Shown here piece by piece: positions 25,983 through 32,000 of a DNA stretch of 32,000 nucleotides. The number at the start of each line of letters is the position of its first letter. Position 1 is the first letter of the stretch. The translations under genes and the position numbers were made by a program. Under the pieces are notes generated by a model, which saw only the letters and a program-made list of their open reading frames with translations, did not search any database and was not told the origin of the DNA. Origin of the DNA: Virgibacillus oceani (GTDB lineage: Bacteria > Bacillota > Bacilli > Bacillales > Amphibacillaceae); NCBI GenBank assembly GCA_041521345.1, contig JBGOHB010000002.1; one strand, 5' to 3'.

Positions 25983-26125
25983 TTTTCATTTTCCTCCTTT
26001 AGTTTTTTAATTTCAGCTTTCAACCTTTCGTTCTCAGCCGATAAAATAGCGATACGTCTTTTTGCATTCGACATATCGCCTGACCATTCTATATTTAATT
26101 TATTGATGATTCGGTTTACATCCAT
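25931..26125 (-). CDS. small coiled-coil protein, 64 aa
   Basis: ATG at 26125 follows AGGGAGGTGGAAATA, with a TAATG junction to the tail-fibre stop. The 3' end overlaps the next gene by 52 nt. Confidence 0.45.
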   Translation of the reverse strand: MDVNRIINKLNIEWSGDMSNAKRRIAILSAENERLKAEIKKLKEENEKCNSKSEASTPDTKKAK

Positions 26126-29100
26126 TATTTCCACCTCCCTATAGCAGTCGCTGTTGTCGTCCATGTAGAAGTAGAGGGATTGTATGAACTAAAAGCAATT
26201 AGATTAACGCCTGTGGAGTTTGGTTCATTTGCAATGTCCCCCCATCTTCCCACGGAAGCCACGGAAACAGATACAGAAATAGGAAACCCACTTTGAAAGG
26301 AAGCAGGAAAAGACCATGTAACAGGGTTAGACGTCCTCGATAGAGAGCCGCTTGATTCATCTGTCATCAACTCTATATGATTGGCCCAGCATATTTGCAA
26401 TCCACTTGAATAACGAATGTACTCACCATCAGCATTAGATCCTTCATCTACAATAACATCTGCTCTGCCCTCTTCTGTAAAAAAAGCGGAGGCTCTTAAC
26501 GCTGCATGCTCCCACGGGTTGGCTCCAGAAAAAAAGTTAAACAAATTTTGCGGAGCGAAAAAGTTAGCCTCATTTTCTGAAACAGCAATTCTAAATAGAT
26601 TGCCAAATTCATAGCTGCCTGTGGCGTTATTAAATACAGGGTTTTTCAGCGTTAGTCCTTGTCCAAGAGACTCTTGGTCGTCATAATAACTAGCATCTTC
26701 TACTCCTATAACTACACTGTCTGTTGTTATTTCTCCTGATGACACTTTACCACTAAACGTAGCATCCTTCCCAAACGTATGCCCTAGGAAATTTATCTGA
26801 TCAGCGTCAAAAGTAAATGAGCCTGCTTCCTGCGTAAAGATGGAACGCACATCCCCGTCATCGACTTTACCGCTAATCTCTTCAGACATGACCGTAAACT
26901 GCGCACTGTGATCTTCTACGATGTCGTTAATCGTGTCGACATACGTGCTGTCAGCTTTTAAGTCGATTCTGCCTGCCACTTGTTCAAATTCGGATGATGC
27001 GTACTCGTAGACGTCAGTTATTTCCGCTTGCGTATCCTCCGGTGCTGGTGTCCAGTCGGTGGATTTGTTGCCTTTTTCGAGTTGTACATTAGTAAATAGA
27101 ACTCCGTTACCGTTAGTATTTCCAGATTTGCCTGCATAAAATAAAAGACGGTTTGTTTCATCATTGCTAGTTGTAAAAGTTCGCATGATCTTTCCATCTC
27201 TAATTTCAAGGTCTCCGACACTTCCATTCGAATCATTACTTCCTCGCCTTTGAAGAACAGTAATTTCTGTTACATCTCCATCTGTTACTTCCACATCGGC
27301 TGATACGGTGTACACTGTATCACTTTCCAATGTTTTCGTTAGGTGCATTGAGGCGTAGTTATAACTAGTGTCTCTAGGCGTTAGTTCATATTTAGAGCTG
27401 TCTTCAATTAAATTCCGCCCACCAATCTCCAAGTTATCCAATTCCGCACTGACGTCCGAAACATCAATTACAAGACCGTCTGCGGTTTGCTCTACGGTTG
27501 ATACCCTATTACTAAGATCTCCTGTAACACTATTAAAATCGGTCTGTTCTACCTTACTTGTAATATCAGATTCGGTTTGAGTAATTCTAGTTTCATGGTC
27601 TGTTAGGTCTGTAATTACATTATCCATATCAGTACTATATTCAGTTTTGGTAACCCTATCCTCAATTAAATCAGCATGCTGTAACCTTGCTGTCTCTAAA
27701 TCTGATATTTCGGTACCATGGTCACTTACAGTCTGGGTGAGACTGGATACATTACCTTCTATCTCTTCAACATTTACAGATAAGGCAGATAAATCATCGC
27801 TAACAGTAGTTACATCACCTTCTAAGGTCTCAACAACTGACCGCTCGGCTTTTGCTTCAACTTCTCCGGCAACTACGGACAATTCTGCTGATAAACTACT
27901 TACGTCACCCGATACGGTATCCAAATCATCTTGATTCGCTTTTAGGCTTATTGCAGTAGCGTTTGCACTTATATCCGTTTGCGCTTGACTTACAGTATCG
28001 TCCAGATTAGATAAGTCGGTAATAGCTACGTTTAAATTACCTTCCACAGTATCTAAGTCCGTGACAACATTCGTAATACGCCCGTCATGTGCATCCAGCT
28101 CGTCTGCATTATCAGCTACTGCCTGTTGCAGATTATCAGCAGTATCTGATAAATCATTAACAGTAGCATCAATAGCTTGTACAACGTCACTGTCAGCTTT
28201 TAACTGCAATTGACCGTCAACGTACTCAACGCCTACTTTATCCGCTAAATCGTCGCCGATCTCCTGCATTTTTGCGTTATAGGCTTCCCAATCTACAGCA
28301 TTTTCGTCTGTATAATCTTTAGCATTACGTTCTGCCTCATCTGCCCTGTCGTCGGCATGACCTTTAGCGTTATCCTCGGCACGATTAGCCTTATCAGTTG
28401 CGTCTTGCCCTGCATCCTCCCTGACAAATTCGTCTTGGTCTTCGGCATGCTTTTTAGCATTACTCTCCGCCTGCTCGGATTTCTGAGAAGCATCTCTTTT
28501 TGCCTCTTCATCATAAACAATGTCTTGATCATCGGCATGGCGTTTAGCTTCCTGTTCAGCTTGATATGCCTCTTCACCTGCGTATTCTTTAGATTCGTCA
28601 AGGATTTCAAGTGCCTGCTCAATACGTGCTCTTTCTTCCTCGGATAAGCGTTCATCCCCATATTCCATGGCCTCACGCATCCGTTCAACAGCTAACCGGG
28701 CAGGTAATTCCTGCTGCTCAATGCCTTTCAAATCGTCAAATTCACGCTTAATTTTGTTGATTAAAGTTGGCTGCGCTTCTCCGAAAACAGCCTCCAAGAT
28801 AAACCCACCGGGCTCATGGATTTCTTTAAACTCGGTGATGGGAGCGTTCATTGTAATGTTCCACTTTTTATTAAAGACCTGTACCACATCACCTAAACGA
28901 AAATCAGTCTCATATTCAAATGGTGTACTCATGGCAAAATCATTATTGCGGTTAATGCTAGGTGTCAGTATTTGAGCTTCCAAATAAAACGTAGTCTCAA
29001 ACTCTCTCATCCTACGTTGACCACGTTCAATTAACAGCTGCTCGTATTCTTCAGGTGGAAGTTCTTCTTCTGTTTCCTCGTCCGTTTCGGAAACGTCCCG

Positions 29101-29892
29101 GGCATCTATAAATATTTCATGCAGATCTATGCCTTTTGCTTCACCGATTTTTACAATTTTTCTTTCTACGCCTTCACCTTGACCGCCTACATAGCCAACA
29201 TTTTTATAGTTTAAATCGGAATCGACAAACTGCTGCGTCTTTATTGTGGAAAAATCGGGACTAAAAAAAACAGGTTGTAAGCCTGCTTCATTTCTTTGCG
29301 TGACATTTCTCGGTTCCACTACGTCAAATATCCACTTCCTGCGTTCCATGTCAGCATACATAATCCAGCCAAGATTAGCCTGCTTACTTATCGCAGTCAG
29401 TTCATCGGAAACATTTTTAAACCGGGATTCCCATTCAACATGTGCACCTCTCTCTTGATCTGCAGCTATTTCGATGAATTCTATTTTTCGGTCAGAGTCA
29501 ACCGGATTAATAAAATGATTCTCGACATAGTGCTTCATGACTGTTTCAGCGTTTCCGCTTTTACGATCGTGGGAAGTATTCTCCGGCGGTATGGTTGCAC
29601 GCTGATCTAGCACGCCCTCAAGTGTTACACCTGTAATGCGCCAATTTTCGGATGCCTTTCCATTTTGATCAAGTGCTACCTCTCTATGCCTGATTAGCAT
29701 CGCTTTGTCGCCACGCTTATCCAGTACAATGAGATTGCCCTTTACAAAGTATTCAGCGCTTTCGATATACTGATTAATATGCAGTTCAAAGTCTCCCACT
29801 TCATAAAAACGCGGCATAAACTGTAAGGATAAATAATTATCCGTTTCGGTGAGCATGTTTAAATTTTTATCATAAACTCTGATAGGCTGCAT
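26125..29892 (-). CDS. phage tail fibre / host-specificity protein (Gp37-like N-terminal domain, long fibrous repeats, C-terminal head)
   Basis: 1255 aa. The N-terminal ~380 aa resemble the siphovirus Gp37-like tail domain. The centre has A-E-x-N-A-K-x-H-A-D-D repeats and coiled-coil D/T/S-rich repeats. The C-terminus ends in GRWK. Confidence 0.85.
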   Translation of the reverse strand: MQPIRVYDKNLNMLTETDNYLSLQFMPRFYEVGDFELHINQYIESAEYFVKGNLIVLDKRGDKAMLIRHREVALDQNGKASENWRITGVTLEGVLDQRATIPPENTSHDRKSGNAETVMKHYVENHFINPVDSDRKIEFIEIAADQERGAHVEWESRFKNVSDELTAISKQANLGWIMYADMERRKWIFDVVEPRNVTQRNEAGLQPVFFSPDFSTIKTQQFVDSDLNYKNVGYVGGQGEGVERKIVKIGEAKGIDLHEIFIDARDVSETDEETEEELPPEEYEQLLIERGQRRMREFETTFYLEAQILTPSINRNNDFAMSTPFEYETDFRLGDVVQVFNKKWNITMNAPITEFKEIHEPGGFILEAVFGEAQPTLINKIKREFDDLKGIEQQELPARLAVERMREAMEYGDERLSEEERARIEQALEILDESKEYAGEEAYQAEQEAKRHADDQDIVYDEEAKRDASQKSEQAESNAKKHAEDQDEFVREDAGQDATDKANRAEDNAKGHADDRADEAERNAKDYTDENAVDWEAYNAKMQEIGDDLADKVGVEYVDGQLQLKADSDVVQAIDATVNDLSDTADNLQQAVADNADELDAHDGRITNVVTDLDTVEGNLNVAITDLSNLDDTVSQAQTDISANATAISLKANQDDLDTVSGDVSSLSAELSVVAGEVEAKAERSVVETLEGDVTTVSDDLSALSVNVEEIEGNVSSLTQTVSDHGTEISDLETARLQHADLIEDRVTKTEYSTDMDNVITDLTDHETRITQTESDITSKVEQTDFNSVTGDLSNRVSTVEQTADGLVIDVSDVSAELDNLEIGGRNLIEDSSKYELTPRDTSYNYASMHLTKTLESDTVYTVSADVEVTDGDVTEITVLQRRGSNDSNGSVGDLEIRDGKIMRTFTTSNDETNRLLFYAGKSGNTNGNGVLFTNVQLEKGNKSTDWTPAPEDTQAEITDVYEYASSEFEQVAGRIDLKADSTYVDTINDIVEDHSAQFTVMSEEISGKVDDGDVRSIFTQEAGSFTFDADQINFLGHTFGKDATFSGKVSSGEITTDSVVIGVEDASYYDDQESLGQGLTLKNPVFNNATGSYEFGNLFRIAVSENEANFFAPQNLFNFFSGANPWEHAALRASAFFTEEGRADVIVDEGSNADGEYIRYSSGLQICWANHIELMTDESSGSLSRTSNPVTWSFPASFQSGFPISVSVSVASVGRWGDIANEPNSTGVNLIAFSSYNPSTSTWTTTATAIGRWK

Positions 29893-29893
29893 G

Positions 29894-31069
29894 TTATCGC
29901 CATCTTCCTTTTACAAAGTAACCAAGTACAACTCTTGCGCTGTCATGATTAGTTGTGCTCAAAACTCTAAAACTAGGGGTGGATGATCCTGTACTGGATG
30001 ATGCAGCCCAAATATTAAATACAGACTGTTCACGTGGGAAGATATTAAAATAGTGTATTTCCTCAAAGTTTTTGTCTAATGGTAATACAAAGTTATCGTC
30101 AGCACGCCAAATATCACTGCTTCCAATTGCAGAATCAATTGCAATATTACCCAAGTCTATAACGCCATGATATTCCATTGAGCCATCCGTGTACTGTACC
30201 CAGTGATTATTTCCATGTCTGCCTTTATCAAATACCATTATTTCTTCCTGCCATCTGCCCCATATGCTAGATGACGATGTGGTATTGGACTGACGGCTAA
30301 ACTTGCCGTACACCTGATAATCATTATTCTGCGACCAATCAAACACTGTAAATGTCTGAACACCGGATCCTGCTCGATCAATATTCAAGTCCACTCTTGC
30401 CCGTAAGCTTGATAGCCCTCGTCCATAATCTGAAGGACTAATGCCAATACTGTCCATCCACTCCTGCAATTCATCTCCGTTATTTTCACCGTGGAGTCTA
30501 AAGCCGTAAACTCCGGGGTCAAATGCTGAAGATGCTCTCTGCGGACTGTATATGTCCACGCTGTCAAGCTGTGACGATACTGTCGGTGTTAATCTGACAC
30601 GACCACAAGCATCCGGATCCCCGCGCTCATCCGTGATCTGGGAATCATCAATAAATGATTTTCCTGCTTCAATTAATATTTGTGCAAGGGATATTTCCCA
30701 AACATAATCATTGCGTGTTAATTCAGGTGGTGACGGATTGCTACCCTCGGTACCTTTTTTGATAAACGCCCTTATATTTCTAACGTCAACATCACGATTA
30801 AGCCTTAACACAATACGGTCAATTCTGTTCTGTGTTGCGCTTGCTGTGTCGTGAGTTAAATTAAAACTTGTCGTATTTGTGTATTCATGACCTTGTATAA
30901 ATGCAGAGCCGGGCTGTATGGTGACATTCATTGAGTTACTGGATGACACTGCCAAACCGTCAAAGAAACCGTCACCTAAAAAGTTTATAAAAAACTGTGC
31001 AAAGTCATTCGCTTGATAGGTTCTTTCGTCTCCGGCTACGCTATTAAAAAAACGTGATAGTTCTGCCAT
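29894..31069 (-). CDS. phage tail/receptor-binding protein
   Basis: 391 aa. The N-terminus FFNSVAGDERTYQANDFAQFF is typical of Firmicute phage tail-fibre/baseplate proteins. The C-terminus ends in GRWR. Adjacent to the large fibre gene. Confidence 0.75.
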   Translation of the reverse strand: MAELSRFFNSVAGDERTYQANDFAQFFINFLGDGFFDGLAVSSSNSMNVTIQPGSAFIQGHEYTNTTSFNLTHDTASATQNRIDRIVLRLNRDVDVRNIRAFIKKGTEGSNPSPPELTRNDYVWEISLAQILIEAGKSFIDDSQITDERGDPDACGRVRLTPTVSSQLDSVDIYSPQRASSAFDPGVYGFRLHGENNGDELQEWMDSIGISPSDYGRGLSSLRARVDLNIDRAGSGVQTFTVFDWSQNNDYQVYGKFSRQSNTTSSSSIWGRWQEEIMVFDKGRHGNNHWVQYTDGSMEYHGVIDLGNIAIDSAIGSSDIWRADDNFVLPLDKNFEEIHYFNIFPREQSVFNIWAASSSTGSSTPSFRVLSTTNHDSARVVLGYFVKGRWR

Positions 31070-31303
31070 TTAATCACCCACTTTGTCTACGAAAATATAT
31101 TTTTCATAGTTGGTTTCTTTCACGAAATCTTTTATTTCATCAATATCTTCATCTGCTATTCTTATTTTATCGAGTCCTTTATCTAAATAAACTCCTTCAC
31201 AATCATTAACGATACCTTCCTTACTGCAATCACTGATAACCTCCAAGTCACCGAATTTTTCTTTTGCCTTTTCTAACAGGGAAATTAGTTCAGAGACACG
31301 CAT
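31070..31303 (-). CDS. small acidic phage protein, 77 aa
   Basis: ATG at 31303 follows AAAGGAG. TAAATG junction with the downstream tail gene. Confidence 0.6.
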   Translation of the reverse strand: MRVSELISLLEKAKEKFGDLEVISDCSKEGIVNDCEGVYLDKGLDKIRIADEDIDEIKDFVKETNYEKYIFVDKVGD

Positions 31304-31323
31304 TTGATCAACTCCTTTCAATT

Positions 31324-31347
31324 AAAAAAGCACCTCGTTTGAGATGC
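31324..31347 (-). terminator. rho-independent terminator (copy 2 of an exact repeat)
   Basis: Identical 24-mer to 24945-24968, again directly after a stop codon. Confidence 0.7.
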
Positions 31348-31533
31348 TTAAGCAGGTTGAAAATTAATATCAGTTTCTCTTATCAATCTAGCTTCTTGTT
31401 CAAGTTTTGCATGAGTTGCTTCAAATTCAATAAGCATGTTTTTCATTTCCTCATCTGAAGGCTCTTTAATGCTCGCGTGCTTTCCTACAATTTGGTCATT
31501 TTTATAAAACGTCATAATATAGCCTCTTACCAT
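31348..31533 (-). CDS. small phage protein, 61 aa
   Basis: ATG at 31533 follows GGATGGAGTGAAAAC, which includes the upstream gene's stop. Confidence 0.55.
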   Translation of the reverse strand: MVRGYIMTFYKNDQIVGKHASIKEPSDEEMKNMLIEFEATHAKLEQEARLIRETDINFQPA

Positions 31534-31537
31534 GTTT

Positions 31538-31738
31538 TCACTCCATCCTAATAAGATAGTAGTCTATAATGTTGTGTGGGTGTTGCTCCTTATAGCTTTC
31601 AATCATTACCTTCTCATCACCCATTTGGATGACGTCTCCCATCTCCAATTCACGATCTTTCAAGAAATCATGCTTATCTGATGTAGTTTCCAATACCATT
31701 TGGTCATCAAGATAAAATCTCATTAAAGTATTTTCCAT
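31538..31738 (-). CDS. small acidic phage protein, 66 aa
   Basis: ATG at 31738 lies 8 nt after GAGGAG. The track GTG at 31747 falls inside the RBS spacing. Confidence 0.55.
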   Translation of the reverse strand: MENTLMRFYLDDQMVLETTSDKHDFLKDRELEMGDVIQMGDEKVMIESYKEQHPHNIIDYYLIRME

Positions 31739-31793
31739 CTTTATCACTCCTCTGTCTAATTAATTCGACAGGAAATGATAGATTCCTTTAAAT

Positions 31794-32000
31794 TTATATC
31801 CCAACATATTGCGAATGCCACCCAATAGCCGCAATGGCTTCAGCAATACCTTCATCAGCTGTATACCGCAATTCATTCTCACCGATTTCCAGCTGCCAAA
31901 AATCAGAGTTATGGTCAAAATAGCCCATTGCCTTTATAATTTGATTCGGCCGGTGTATCTCTACACGCTTTGCTTGCGGGTTAGTGTCAATGTAAAGCAC
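31794..32000 (-). CDS. phage protein, C-terminal part (open at the right edge)
   Basis: The open frame runs to the window edge. No recognisable family. Confidence 0.45.
   Translation of the reverse strand: MLYIDTNPQAKRVEIHRPNQIIKAMGYFDHNSDFWQLEIGENELRYTADEGIAEAIAAIGWHSQYVGI

Larger units (their letters stand above)
20964..32000 (-). mobile_element. prophage, late-gene end (tail fibres, lysis cassette, accessory genes); continues beyond the right edge
   Basis: Contiguous minus-strand phage late genes ending at the junction with the truncated comK. No integrase lies in the window; it is expected at the far end. Confidence 0.88.

Noticed and set aside
27400-28700. Periodic nucleotide repeats considered as a possible CRISPR or tandem-repeat locus
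   Set aside because: They are in-frame coding repeats of the fibrous shaft of the 1255-aa tail-fibre protein. There are no unique spacers and no cas genes. The ORFs at 28293-28688 and 28357-28647 are alternative-frame shadows of the acidic repeat region.

Overview
Chromosomal segment from a low-GC Firmicute, probably Bacillaceae. Gene content and order resemble the B. subtilis yit/yis/yhj/addBA/comK neighbourhoods. Positions 1-20.9 kb are core genome: a yitV-like esterase (partial), a Cof-type HAD phosphatase, an Nfu-N protein, a lipoprotein, a YitT-family protein, DegV, an SDR, a membrane-anchored GH13-like protein, YisL, a DUF418 protein, addB-addA, signal peptidase I and a small hypothetical gene. 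Several intergenic gaps hold GC-rich, non-coding mosaic repeats that share sequence modules and bracket addBA. At about 20.96 kb comK is truncated. Only its C-terminal half remains, and it directly abuts the late end of a prophage that fills the rest of the window (20964-32000, nearly all genes on the minus strand). The prophage part contains small acidic ORFs, two tail-fibre/receptor-binding genes, small accessory genes and a lysis cassette (membrane protein, holin, amidase). Between the endolysin and the att junction lies an AT-rich accessory region. That region carries a promoter overlapped by two LexA (Cheo) boxes, which drives a WYL-like small protein and a YolD-like protein with no partner Y-family polymerase. 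These are followed by a translationally coupled pair with no recognisable family: a 213-aa soluble protein and a 180-aa C-tail-anchored coiled-coil membrane protein. This pair, or the whole four-gene SOS-linked operon, is my best candidate for an undescribed prophage-encoded system. All family calls come from reading the translations by eye; no searches were run.
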